Notes under the pieces: generated by a model
Seen by the model: the letters and a program-made list of their open reading frames with translations, nothing else
What the model was told of the DNA's origin: nothing
Databases searched by the model: none
Assembly (NCBI RefSeq): GCF_964355755.1
Contig: NC_092670.1
Span: 9,724,201 to 9,788,200, forward strand
Length of the DNA: 64,000 nucleotides
Source of the DNA: Antedon mediterranea
Taxonomy: Eukaryota; Animalia; Echinodermata
Reading direction: 5' to 3'
Shown here: one piece after another, positions 13,601-26,038 of the stretch
How positions within the stretch are numbered: position 1 is the first letter of the stretch
Layout of the letters: each line of letters opens with the position of its first letter
Made by a program: the position numbers and the translations under genes

Positions 13601-15190
13601 AACAATACTCCTTAGAACAAATAGCCATGTAGGACAATTACTGGTAACTGCCTGAGAGAAGAAGATGAAATCAGATCAAGATATCAATCTCATAAATTGA
13701 AATGGAAATATTTTGTATGAAATTATAATTATAAGATCTTTTTTTAAAAATTTAGATACCCAGTCCACTTACACCTGAAATGGAACAAGAAAAAGCAGCT
13801 AAAAACGCTGAAAAGAAGAAGGCTCAGAAAAAGATAAAGAAAAGCAAACAAAAGGTAAATAATAAATACTCTAATCTGTCCACCATGAGTCATTTGCTCA
13901 TATCTTCAAACAATTTTCTATGACTATAATTGAAATTAAATCGTATTACAGAATAAAAACTCTTGCTGTGTTTCGGATACCTCTGTGCGAAAACAACAGG
14001 TTGTCTTTTATGATTAGGACATATTGATGCAGAAGAGAAGATGGTTGTGATAATTACATTGTTTTGAAGACTGGCCTGTTTTACTTAAACCATGCCTGCA
14101 CTATCAAACTTTATGTGACACTATAAAATGTTATCTACCCATATATAAACATGATGATGTCATATCACTACTATATTTGGGCACATCACACTTTTTTTTG
14201 TCAAACTAGTTTTATAGTGTAGACAGAGCTTGAATTTTCTTGCATCACATTTCCTTTTTGCAATTTGCATAAAGTAGAAAACAATGATTATTATAATATC
14301 CAGCCACTGATACTTGCAATGAATCTTTTATATCTATTTTGATGTATTATTTAGGAACAAAAGGAAGAACAAAAGAAACTTGATGAGGAGGAAGAGAAAA
14401 GAAAATGGTTCACGTCGCTTAGTGATCGTGAGAAAAGAGCAGTTGCTGCTGAACGAAGAATGATGTCAGGCTCGTCATCAACTTCACTGTTAGTCTCCAA
14501 ATCAATTTAAAATTTATATATTTTTTACTTGTTTGCCATTAAGGATGAAATGAGCATTTAAAAAAACGAAAGAAGAATTTATATGCCCGCAACCTTACTG
14601 CAGAATAGTGTTTTTCCATTCTTTGTATTGAAAGCTCTTTTCAACAAATGTTCCCATATGGGAACTCAAAGTCAACACTTGATTGTAAAAAACACATGTA
14701 AATGTATCTATGGTGGCATCAGGGTGCCCAAACGTAGAAGAAATCAGAAAAATGTTAATTTCAATGAAAGAAAAAAACTCCCTTTGAACAATTTAGGTTA
14801 TTATTGATTTATATTGGCAATTAAAACTTGTTTTATAAAAGCTTTTACAGCTCCTATTATAAATCATTTTTTATATTAGAAGTCACAACGGCCCCTATCT
14901 AGGAACGGAATGCAAGGACGAAGGCGTAACGCAGACAAGTTGTTTGTGATCGGTGAAATCACTTGAATTCTGTCCTTGTATTGCATCCTAGCTTTATAGA
15001 CCATAAAACCCTAAATATGGACAGATTTCACCAACCAATTGCAAACAGTCTTTCAATACCAACAAAACTAAATGTTATATTTTATAGGCGATGCTGGCTA
15101 TGTGGTAACACCATTGCAGGCAAACCATTCTCATATATGGAGTTTAATTTCTGCAGCATAGACTGTCTCAAGAAGCACAAGGCAAAATAA
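7666..15190 (+). CDS. ANKZF1: Ankyrin repeat and zinc finger peptidyl-tRNA hydrolase / tRNA endonuclease (Vms1 ortholog)
   Basis: Exons 7666-7948, 8351-8439, 9008-9104, 9405-9652, 10069-10184, 10546-10647, 10906-11177, 11379-11546, 11849-12013, 12409-12694, 13091-13202, 13756-13854, 14355-14488, 15088-15190; phases are compatible. Motifs: C2H2 finger (CSFC...[14 protein letters not shown]), VLRF1 core ([36 protein letters not shown]), ankyrin (TLLHAAA...GADPA), [14 protein letters not shown] and a C-terminal CWLC...[10 protein letters not shown]. Confidence 0.95.
13231..13528. mobile_element. About 300-bp imperfect hairpin (MITE) in an ANKZF1 intron
   Basis: CATTTTTCTTA...AAAAGAAATTAGAA...CATTATGCTGTCTTTGAT mirrors ATCAAAGGCAGCATAAATG...TTCTAATTTCTTTTG...TAAGAAAAATG. 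Confidence 0.65.
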
Positions 15191-15989
15191 TAATCAGGAA
15201 TACTTTCAACTTTTATTGATACCAACCATTTACCAGTTCAGGGTTAAAGCGTTTTTCACACCTGCTTAGGAAAGTCGTTAATGCTGACGCGAATCTGAAC
15301 TGGAACCGTAGACCGTAGTCGGACCTGAGAAGGTATGAAGGATGATCAAACTAAAAAAAAGTGTGATGTGGCCAAATATGGTAGTGATATGACATCATTC
15401 AAGTCCATATATGGGCACATTTTTTGTCACATAAAGTTTGTGTAGACAGAGCTTTAAGTGTTTGTTGGTTGGTTAATGTCAACCGCTGAAAATAGAATGT
15501 ACCCGCTGCTGCTGTTTAATACATCACGACTCATTGTGATTCATTGTATTGTGTATAAGACATAACATAAATTGTCATGAATTTGAATAGTATATGGTGG
15601 TGATCGATTTTGAATTAAGAATGAAAACAAAAATGCAATAGCTTACTTTACTGTAAGAGGATCTGTATTTCATTTTCCAAACCATTGTAAGAAGAAGAGA
15701 ATCAAACTTCTTTTATTGAATTGTTGGTAAAATTTGGTTTTAAACGTAATGTATTATTATTATTATGAATTATGAAACAAAAAGAAATATTAAAATAAAA
15801 AATTCTTTGGGTAAATTCTACATTTGGAGGAGTTTGTCTGTTTCTCAAATTAAACAATTTTATTTGTTAAGATTTTGGAATCCAAATAAATAAATTGCAA
15901 TAGATGTTCATGTTTTATAATATATTATCATGAGTTGTTACAATATAAAAACATTTATAACTACTATGGTATTGTATACATTGCTTTTT

Positions 15990-16053
15990 ATTGTACTATT
16001 CCACTGGGTTCATTGTACTATTCCACTGGTTCATTGTACTATTCCACTGTTTC
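15990..16053. repeat. Three copies of a 21-22-bp tandem repeat (ATTGTACTATTCCACTG...) abutting the MARCH stop codon
   Basis: Direct reading of the sequence. Confidence 0.8.
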
Positions 16054-17756
16054 ATATTTGTATTGGACGACTTAATATTATCATGGATCGGTTATGTGCA
16101 CGCCATTTTCGCCACATTTGCGTTATCCGCCCTTTCAAGACATACATGATTATCGACAAGCAGAATAAATCAAAGCCGGTGTAGACGGGAAAGAGGACCT
16201 GAGCGGCCGTTGACTCGCGTTCAATCATGGCTGCAGTGCTTGAGCTCAGCATAGCCCAGCATACATATACACCAGTGGTTAGAATGAAACTGCAGGCTAA
16301 CAAGAACAGGCCTATGTACAGTTTGTCCAGTGTCGTCATTGGTATGCATTTCCACTGAAAGACAACGTTATATTATTATTTGAAATTATATTATAATACA
16401 TTGTTAATCAGTTCTTTACATCAAACGTCTATCAGTAATTGGAGAGGCCTGCCTATACATTGTGTTTGGATTGGATTAACGCCTAGGCGTACATAATATT
16501 CAGCAACTTCGTATCATCTTTCCATTGAATATGGTATTAATGTTGTTTTTCTGTATCAAATAAGGATCGAAATTATGTCTTCTACATTACTGTATTATGT
16601 TCGAACAAAACCAGATTGGGAAGAAATTTGATAAGGTTTATCGCAAATAGCTTCTACAATGCATGATGGGAAGGGTTTGGGAGCAAACGTCACGACGAGT
16701 ACGTACAAACAACAAATCACGTACGTACGCGTTGTGACGTTTGCTCCCAAACCCTTCCCATCATGCATTGTAGAAGTTATTTGCGATAAACCTTATTAAA
16801 CCATGTGATACGTTTTGATTATCGCGGCAACGCAACGCACAAAGGGAGGCTTCCGACTGCACGCACTCGAGGCTTTTGTGCGCGCGCGTGTGTCACTGAC
16901 GAAATTGTGTTATGCATTACGTGTAGTCACTCATGCATGACATCATTTAACTTACGTTAGTAACGTGAAGCATGTTTACCGTCCTAATTTTGAAATGGTA
17001 ACCACAGAGTTCGCACTTTTTTATACCGCTCTGTGCCACCCAGTTTGCTAGACAACTTTGATGACAGTACTGCATTGTCCCTGAACATGCACAAGCGGGT
17101 GGTTGAATAAAACTCTCATGCTTGTCTCCCATGTAACAAATTTTGCAGAAGTTGCCATCCAGTCCATCTTCCGTACCGGTACTGATGTTGTCAAACGTGT
17201 AAAAGTATGTTGGACAGGCAGTCAAGACAGCAGGCCCTTCTGGTGTCTCTTGTACTGCATGTGAGGGACTGCATTCGCTTTGTGTGTTCTCTTTGACTTT
17301 GCGTTTATCATCTCTTGTCTTGCCGCCAAAAGCTGGATGACCAATGCTTACCACAATATCATCAACATTGCTTTTTGTCTCACTTTTTGTTGAATATTCT
17401 AATAACAGTTTAAACCCATTTAACGGCTGGTGAGACCAAGCCAGAGGTGCGGATGCAGAAGACCGTACAAACGGTCGACTGACTACATAATCGAATTTTA
17501 AATTGTCAAATATGACACTGTTAGATGGTAATTCGCCACCTTCAATTTTGGAATCTTCGCTCTCTTTAAAAAATTGTCTGCGCTCCTGATCCTCTGTATA
17601 GACTTTGAATCTACAATTTCTCGGTGGTTTTCTGTCAGTATCTAAATTTGAATGACCTTGAGATTTCTGGAAAAATATATTTGACACGTCAAGTGATGTT
17701 TCTGAGATTTCTCTGTCCCCAATATGAACTAAGTGTTCTCCTTCATTTCCATCCAT
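16052..17756 (-). CDS. Membrane-associated RING-CH E3 ubiquitin ligase, MARCH4/9/11-like (about 367 aa)
   Basis: Exons 16956-17756 and 16052-16354 (phase 0). C4HC3 RING-CH: CKIC...CACSGTMQYCHQSCLANW...CELC. Followed by WKCIPMTTLDK, two hydrophobic helices and WRKWRAHNR. Confidence 0.9.
16631..16796. mobile_element. Near-perfect palindromic MITE in the MARCH intron
   Basis: Arms of about 75 bp: ATAAGGTTTATCGCAAATA...GGGAGCAAACGTCAC / GTGACGTTTGCTCCC...TATTTGCGATAAACCTTAT. Confidence 0.85.
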
Positions 17757-18535
17757 TACTTAGGAGGAGCATACTTTGCACTCTGCTGCAGGCCTCCTCT
17801 TTCACTTTCTCTACGATCGGATTTTCATCTCACGCAAGAGAGTATTCTTTCCGTTTACGCTTAGAAGTACGTCAGGCGCGCTGTTCTTAATTTACGCGTC
17901 AAAAGTGGTAGTAGGCCTTAGAGCTAGAGTGAACGCGCGAACATATAAACTCGAGCTCGTAATTATCTATCTGCCAGTGGCAGATTACGCTACATTTGTC
18001 AACATTTTTATTATACTCATGTCGCCGCAGAACTAAAATGTGTAATTCACTCTTCCCTAATCACGGATCCGCTAATAATGCTTGAGCTTTTCCACAATTA
18101 GTTCTAACCTCGAGTATCCGTAGCCACTAAATAATGCCTTGTTTCCTTAGCTAAACAATTACCAATAATTAACCTATAAAAAGTAACCGATAGAGTTCTG
18201 GGAAAAACGGGTTTAAACCGATTTCTTTCGAGAAACTTAACCGATAATTAAAGGTAGAGGACCTAGCCTAATTAAATTATCGGATGCCTGGTGTCGTTAA
18301 TGACTGAACATTTATTCATTATAAAAAAAAAATAACCGATAATGTTTTAAATTAAGTTTAAATTTAATTTGTTGACCTGTATTACCTATATGGCCGGTCT
18401 TTGAATATTAAAAATTAAAAAGTCTCTTAGGCCTGAATTAAGCTCATCATGTGAATGATCGTCGTTCAGCAAAAATAATTGCAAAAAGGGCAAAATAATA
18501 TGGCTCTCTAGCTCTCTATCTCTGCTGAAAGTAAT

Positions 18536-19908
18536 CAGGGGCGGATTGCTATAAGGGGTCTATAACCGGTCTTAGCGCTTAGCCGGCTATAATTCGTGAC
18601 GTAGCAAGTAGTCTAACATTATAGACCATTGCTATACCGCGGTCTAACCTGTAAACGGTCTTTAAAATTAAAGCCTACTCGAAGGAGTCTTAAAACAGTC
18701 TTAAACCTCTCTTTTTGTTGCTTTTACGTATTATTTATCGTCAAAGACAACCAATAGAACGAGTTTTTAAGTGTTAAATCAAATAATAACGGTGATTTTA
18801 TTCTTATATAGCCCTAGAATAGATTTTCTTGCGTAGAAATGTACGTACTGTTATGATTGTGAATTGAACAAGCGTGACGAACATTACCTTATTTGGTATT
18901 TTACGCGCAAAGTACGCCCTCAATTTGTTACTTTACGCGGTCTTATCTAAGACTGTTTTATAGCAATGGTCTAACAGGGGTGGCTTTAGTAAGACCGTCT
19001 ATCAGATAAAGCCGGCTTTAATCGGGGAGTTAAGACCATTAGTTAAGACTGTTTTATAGCAATCCGCCCCTGAGCCATTATTATATAAAGAGTTACGACA
19101 TTGAAAATTAGAAGCCATTTTTGTGTCAAAGAATTCGCACGCTGAGGGCGCGCGCGTCTCTTTTGTATAGCGTTTTTCTATTAGTTCATGCATTATTTTT
19201 AGATTTTGTTGTCAATGAAATAACGCTTAGATTCCGTTTTTATTTTAGTAAATAATTTTATTAATGGTATTGATTTGTTAAAATATATATATATTTGTTA
19301 TAATAACAAACAAATAAATGCTAGGGCCTACATGGAAGTTAGGATACATCAAAGAATGAACCAATACAAAAAACAAACAAATTCACCCCTATTTTTATGC
19401 AGTATGGCTTTCTGTGTGTTTTTTACACAAACTGCGCCGCCAACGTTATTAACATTCAGAGACTCGTTCATCATTTCATTTGTAATAATTTGCCTTTATT
19501 ATTTTAATATTGTTCATACCCTTTTCAGTATATTAACAAATATATCCTCAACACATTATTATTTTATTTAGTCATCAAAGCATGCATTATGAATTGAAAA
19601 TATTACATAATTTTTATTAATAGGACGTAGTTATGGGATGTTTAGTTCCAAAATCAATCAATAGAACGTTATAATGTACTAGCGCACGCGCGCGCAATAT
19701 TCTTTGGCGCAAGTACTTCTGTACGCTGTGCACGTCGATATTTTACCGTAAAATGTGCAATTACATTTTTTTAAATATAAGAAAAAGTTGAAAGTATTTT
19801 GTTGCTCCTATACTTTACATGCATTAATGGAGACAAGTTTGACACATTTTGATCTGCATATCACGTGACTATAATCCAATGTCGTAACTCTTTATATATA
19901 TGGCTCTG
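18536..19908. mobile_element. Non-autonomous TIR element with 8-bp TSD (P- or hAT-like), left TIR interrupted by a second MITE
   Basis: TSD AAAGTAAT at 18528-18535 and 19909-19916. TIRs: (CAG)AGCCAT..TATATAAAGAGTTACGACATTG / CAATGTCGTAACTCTTTATATA..ATGGCTCTG. Confidence 0.7.
18539..19069. mobile_element. MITE with GGGCGGATTGCTATAA TIRs (PIF/Harbinger-like)
   Basis: CAG|GGGCGGATTGCTATAA ... TTATAGCAATCCGCCC|CTG, with internal sub-repeats (AGACCATTGCTATA / TATAGCAATGGTCT). Confidence 0.7.
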
Positions 19909-19923
19909 AAAGTAATCGATCAA

Positions 19924-19954
19924 TAGCGCCCTCCTCCTAAACTGACGCCATGTT
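19924..19954 (+). promoter_or_regulatory. Putative TRA2 core promoter with an AGCGCCCTC (CTCF-like) and a CGCCATGTT (YY1-like) motif
   Basis: Motifs lie about 110-140 bp upstream of the TRA2 ATG; motif match only. Confidence 0.35.
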
Positions 19955-20066
19955 GTTGGTTGTTGTTGCGTCGTTTGGAAAGTTATCGCATTTTGATTCG
20001 CTTGGGTTTTTGTTATAATCAAATAAAATCCAACATTATCTTACAGTGGTCAAAACATAATACAAA

Positions 20067-23000
20067 ATGAGTGATAGAGAAGATGGTTACGATAGTAGAG
20101 TAAGTATTATTTTTATATTTTAGATGATATAAAAGGCAAAATTACCAGGAGGTTTGTTGGAAAAATTCAAAGAACGTGGGATAGGCTAGGCTAATCGCTT
20201 TTCTGCACGGCGGGCGGAATTAGTTCTCGTAGCTTGAATACCTAATATTAGGTTAGGCCTAGCTTGTGCAGTGCATAGCTTTATGTCGAATTTCTTTTTT
20301 TTTATATAAAATGCAAGTTTTGCTCTTTAATAAAGGTAGCCTAGTAATAGGCTAGATAGGCCTAACTGTTTGATAGGTTTTATAAATATATGCCTTCTAC
20401 TACTACAACTAGCTAGGCTAGGCCTAGACTAGACTAATTTTAGAGTTGGATTCCATATTCATTTTGTGAGTGGAAATACATGCAATTCGCTTAGCCTTAT
20501 ATGTCATTTATTAATAACATATTTTACAATTAAATATTTTTCAGGAGAAAGAAGAGCAGAGCTCTCAAAATGATAGAGAACAAAGCAAAAGTCGATCTCG
20601 CTCTAGATCTCGCGGTTCATACAACAATAATTACCGGTCTGCATCAAGAAGTCCAAGACATTCGCGTTCTAGGTCACGCTCTCCATACCACAGCAAACGA
20701 CGAGGACGTCGCAGACACTCGCGATCTTACTCACGAAGCCCCAAAAGGAGACAGTATGTATTTATTAAGATATTAAATAGTGATTCACAACTTGTTGTTC
20801 ATTTTAATAATATTCACCAAATAATACCTACCATAACTAAAAAAGCAATGATGTTGATGGTCAGAAATGAAGGTGTGTCCCAGTTTATACTGTATTACAT
20901 ACTGGATACATAACATCTATATTTTTAAACGTGATTGTTACATTTCATAGGTTAAAAAAAGAACGAGATTGGTACACACATTGTCTATTGTTGTAAATAA
21001 TATATGTTTGTTATTTGTTTGTTTTTTACTAATACTATGTGTTCTTTAATTCTTCCTTTGACTTGTGCTACATTTGCTTGCTGTAGTAATTACAGAAGGT
21101 AAGACACTGGTTTCAACTATTGTCTCACAACTTTCTAATAGGCCTAGTACATTACAAGCAACTGCATAGTAAGACAAAGCCCCCTGATTTGATTTCTTGA
21201 CTGAATCTAACCTATCTCCTACTACAGTACTTGAAAAAAATGCTACTTTGCTTTTAATGTTGAATGAGGTACAATTGTAAGAATTTCAGGAAAACGGAAG
21301 CTTTTGCATACCCTCAATTGCAATGCGTTTTCTTTGCATTGATATGAGCCTAAGCTAAACGTAACTTTGTAAAACTATTAACAATTTATTACATTTGCAG
21401 TCGATCCCGATCACCATACGCTCGTAGACGACGAAGCAGAAGCACTTCACCAATGTCTGACAGAAGACGACACATTGGAAACCGAGTAAGTTTATTTTTC
21501 AACAAAATTTATTTAGTAATGCATATTTTTTAAAGTTTGTTTAATTTGTTGTACTCGCTCAAAATTGACACATGTGTATTTAAACTCTTTGCGTATGTTT
21601 TAGGAAAATCCTCCAGAAAGCTCATGTCTTGGTATTTTTGGTTTGAGCTTGTATACGACCGAGCGTGACCTGCGTGATGTTTTTAGTCGTTACGGACCTA
21701 TAGAGAAAGTGCATGTTGTTTATGATCATCAGGTAATCTACGTCTTATTTTATATCTTTTCAATTAAAAAAATATGTATATTTTTCACCGTAACAACAAA
21801 CATCGCCCTGTGCTCAGGGATCACAGCAGGAAACAGAGAATAAATAAAAACTTTTTAAAATAACTACATATGTGGCATTATCAAAAGGAATCTGACATTA
21901 CTCACATGGGTAGATTTTTAGAGAGATTCAAAAAACAATAAACAGCTAATTTTTTTTTTAATTGAACAAAAGTTGAAGCAATATTTATTTACATTAGCTT
22001 GGGTTTTTTTTTTTGTATTTTGAGACAAATGCTTAGTTTGTAACATTTTGTGTCATCTGTTAAAAAATGGTGTGTATTGTGTATGATTTTTATAAAATCG
22101 ATCATGTTTTATGCTTACATTGAAAGTGTTCCAGTGGCAATGGGTTGTTTTTTTGCATAATAATAGAACAATAGTTCATGATCGAATGTGTGAAGTTTCA
22201 TTGATATTAGTAGAATACTCCTTTGCTAAGGCGTAAACATAAACGCCGTTAACTTTACCAACACTTTCTTAAAACATTATTGTAATATAAACATTATACC
22301 AACCATAACCATGATATCTCTGGAAGTAGACATGGTATCAAGATAGTTTTTTTAGTAGTCTAAATATTACATTATGTAGTTACAGTATTTATCAATTGTA
22401 ACCGTCTGATTTAGTATGAAGATGCCACATGGCATACTGTATAATTTTCTCCATTTTATTAAAAAAAAAGAATTTTAGTACAGTTCATTTGTTCAAGCTG
22501 AATATATTTAAAATTGTCATTAAAAATTGTTAGCAAACATTGCCTTCTTTACTGACTTTTCCTTATACAGTTAACTCTTCCAATACCGGACACCTTTGGG
22601 CTCGTCCAAATCTGTCTTGTTTTCCAGAAAGTCTGGTATTCGGAATATGTTTTTAAATGGTAAAATTGAATTTGTGACTGTTTTGACTTCAACAAAACTC
22701 TGGTACAGTATTCCAGTTATTAGAGAGTCCGGTATTGTAAGAGATGAACCTTTGTTATTTATTTTATGCACTTTGAGAGACATGACAAATACTTTTCGTT
22801 TTGTTTTTAGACTGGTAGATCAAGAGGTTTCGCCTTCCTTACATTTGAGACTCATGACGATGCTAATGAAGCAAAAGTAAGGACCAATGGAATGGAAGTA
22901 GATGGTCGCAGAATCCGTGTAGACTTTTCCATCACCAAAAGAGCTCATACACCAACACCCGGCATCTATATGGGAAAGCCAACTAGGTACAGTACAGAAA

Positions 23001-24775
23001 GAAAATACTGCAACTTTACCTACGAAGTAGCTTCGTAGATAGAACGTAGGCTACGTTGTTGGCTTCATAGGTTCCATTGTTTGGCTTCGTAACCTCAATA
23101 AACAACTTTCAATGAGCTACGTTCTGAACTTCGTAGGGAGTTCGTAACCTAAATAAACAACCCTACGATGTTCTTAGTGAAGTATGGTGTGAAATTAATG
23201 TGTTAAATTTAATTGGCGGAGGACAAAGTTGTAAATTAATAAAAAATAAATAATATTTTTTAATCGTAAATATTTTCCTTCGTGCGTGTTTACCTACTCA
23301 ACGGCGAATATAAATATAAATTTCCCACGATGTATAACGTAGAGAGAGACACGATCCAACACAGGTGAACCGCAACGAACAGGCCAACTAATATAATAAA
23401 CATAATATAGCGAACGTCCCATCCAGAAACGATGCCGAGAAAAAAAGATCGTAAACAATTCATTCTAAATATAGCATCAGGACGTTCAATCGGTCGCTCA
23501 AAAAGACTGCCGACAGAAGACCGTAATTAATACAGACCTAGTTTTTTTTTGGTCACATGGCATGAAACGCGATACTCTCTGCTTACCGCAATCTCTCACA
23601 TGTTGTTTTTTACTCCGTACGAGCTCGACGAGAGGGTGGCTACCGTCTGACGACGATAAAACAGTAATTAAGATCGTGTACCTGGATTTTGTGTCACATG
23701 ACATGAAACATTTACTCTCTCTCTCTCTCTACTGTGCTGCTAGCTCAGCAAGCTCACATGTTTTTTCCCCTCCAAATTCTGGTCGGGCCTTTTTCTTTAT
23801 ACATGTCGTAATCATTTTAAAAAAGGCCTATTTATGTATGTTAAATCTTAATATGGAATATATATTTATTTTGCATATATTTTGTTGGTGTCCTAGTGTA
23901 GGTGTCGTTGTTTTTATAATTCGCTAACCCAACAAGGTAGGAATAAATAATTTATAGTGTAGGCCGCCGAAACAGGCTAGGCCTAGCCTCGACTCTCTAC
24001 GTGAGCTGAGGTCCACTGGCCCGATGTCGTTTCATCGGCGGATTTCCGTCCAAATTAGGATAACCGATGCGTAGGGCGGCTACAAAAATTGACCTACTAT
24101 CTTTAGGTAGGATTTTAATTAGCAAACAATACATTGTTTGTTTGCATTGTCCATGCTTCTACGAACCACCCTACGATCGAGGCGTAGCCTAGATTTCATA
24201 ACAATACATCGTAGGCTACGAACAATACATCGTAGGTAGGAGAGAACAATACATCGTAGGCTACGAACAATACATCGTAGGAGAGAACAATACATCGTAG
24301 GCTACAAACAATACATCGTAGGCTACAAACAATACATCGTAGGAGAGAACAATGACCTACGTTCTACCTACGAAAGCCTACGCGTAGATACGAAGCAGTA
24401 ATTTCTTTCTGTACTGTATGAAAAAGCTCTTTTTGGCCAGTAAATTGTTAACAGAAAATATCAAACAAAAAAATATTGGTTGCCAGTAAAACTGAATTAG
24501 GGCCAGTAAGAAATTTTATCTACTAATTTTGTAGGCCTCGAGAGCGTGATTCTGGATATGGTTATGGACGCAGACGTTCCCCTTCGCCGTACAACCGTGG
24601 ATCACCAAGATACAAGAGCAGATATTCCAGGTCCAGATCAAGGTCCTTCTCACCTCGTAAGTACATGTTAGTCTCCGTAAATACAATAAGGACATTCACA
24701 AGAAGTGTTATTTTAGACCAAACCCATTAATTTATTGTACATTAACTAAAAACTTTTTTTTCAGGACGTTACTGA
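20067..24775 (+). CDS. tra2: Transformer-2 SR-like splicing regulator (RS-RRM-RS)
   Basis: Exons 20067-20099, 20545-20753, 21401-21485, 21604-21732, 22811-22986, 24535-24656, 24765-24775. Protein includes [19 protein letters not shown]2 [18 protein letters not shown]1 [33 protein letters not shown] and a C-terminal [10 protein letters not shown]. Confidence 0.96.
21087..21098 (+). other. Candidate 12-nt frame-preserving microexon in TRA2 intron 2
   Basis: TTTGCTTGCTGTAG|TAATTACAGAAG|GTAAGA. Inclusion adds 4 codons (H-N-Y-R-S across the junctions) with no stop. Confidence 0.55.
22990..24416. mobile_element. Non-autonomous Tc1/mariner-like element with TA TSD, filling most of TRA2 intron 5
   Basis: TA|CAGTACAGAAAGAAAATACTGC ... 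GCAGTAATTTCTTTCTGTACTG|TA. Subterminal CCTACG/CGTAGG repeats; AACAATACATCGTAGG tandem array at about 24200-24352. Confidence 0.8.
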
Positions 24776-26038
24776 GAATACAAGACTCAAAGTACCAACG
24801 TGCAGTCTGGTCGCACCAGTTGTGCATCTGTTAAATATCACCATTATGTAGTGACTGTGGCCTGATGAATAGACAATTGCCTGTTCAATAGACCGTGGCC
24901 TGCGATCCATTTAACAAGGTTTGAATTTTAATGGTGAGAAATACCATGTAAATTAATAGTTAAGCGATACTTGTATTAAGCAGTTTCTGAAAAAATTGTT
25001 TTTGTTTTTTAAAAAATAATTGTAAAATCTAGGTTTTAATTATCTTGGGTGAGAACAATCTGCAGAATGTGATTTTCAATAGGGTTACAGTACCTCATCG
25101 TTAAATGATTGTTGAATGATGTTTTGGTTTGGTTCATTGTCGGACAAAAGCTTTGCATCGACACAAGCAATTGAAATTTTGGTTGTATCATTGTTGTATG
25201 GTTCACAATAATCACTCGAGGTGAAATAATTTGATAACACTGTCGCACGATAAAGGTACAATATATAAAACGCTTGGCTTTACATGTAAATCATTTTATT
25301 GAGGCAGTGTAAAATAGTATTCTGAAATATGCCCTTTTATGCATGTTTTTATGTTCTCTGTATTAATTATTTTGTTTTTCCACATTTGACGCATATTGTG
25401 TTGCAAAGAGCAAAGTTACTGGGTATAAAATATTAGTGTAGAACTTGGTGAGACCAAATGAAAGTCATAACAACATGGTAAAACCTATACATTATTAGTA
25501 TTGATTTTTACAATAATAAACAATAATGGTTTGTTATCAGCAATAATCAATAATTTATTGATCAAATCATTTACTCTTCATTTATAAAATAGTGTATGTT
25601 AAGTCCGTTATTTCATAAGCTCAATTTATTGTTTTTTAAAATGTTTTGAATCTTAATGTGTTTAGAAATTGTATTTTGGCAGAGTTGAGTAATGTTTAGA
25701 CGAGGTTAGTGCACAGTAATCTATGTTTACTTGTTTGCTTAAATTAATCTTCTTTATTGACAATGTACTAATGTAGTTACTACTAAACTAAATGACAAAT
25801 TATTCGGTTTTTTGAATTAAACTCTCCAAAAATTTCAAAAAAATTAAAAGAACTTTTGATATATTAACTATAAAAATATAAATCATTTAATAACTATTAC
25901 TTTACATTAAAATAAATTCTTTAAATATTACACTAAAAAGACAAATTAATGAACTTCAAACACAGTGCATGGTGACCTTTAGCCCCCATTGACCTGTGAG
26001 TTGACCTTCGTTAACATAAATTCTTTTTATCATTGTAG

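Noticed and set aside
20951-20971. Second possible in-frame 21-nt TRA2 exon (CATAG|GTTAAAAAAAGAACGAGATTG|GTACAC)
   Set aside because: Weak donor and short pyrimidine tract; not supportable without reads.
22571-22750. Strong acceptor at 22570 as a possible TRA2 poison exon
   Set aside because: The segment looks like a decayed MITE (AATACCGGAC / GTCCGGTATT inverted ends) and is not GAA-rich; exonisation is possible but unsupported.
24200-24352. Repeat-spacer-like array (AACAATACATCGTAGG plus a short variable linker) as a possible CRISPR
   Set aside because: Linkers are only 3-7 nt and recur, the array is subterminal in a TIR element, the DNA is eukaryotic and there are no cas genes.
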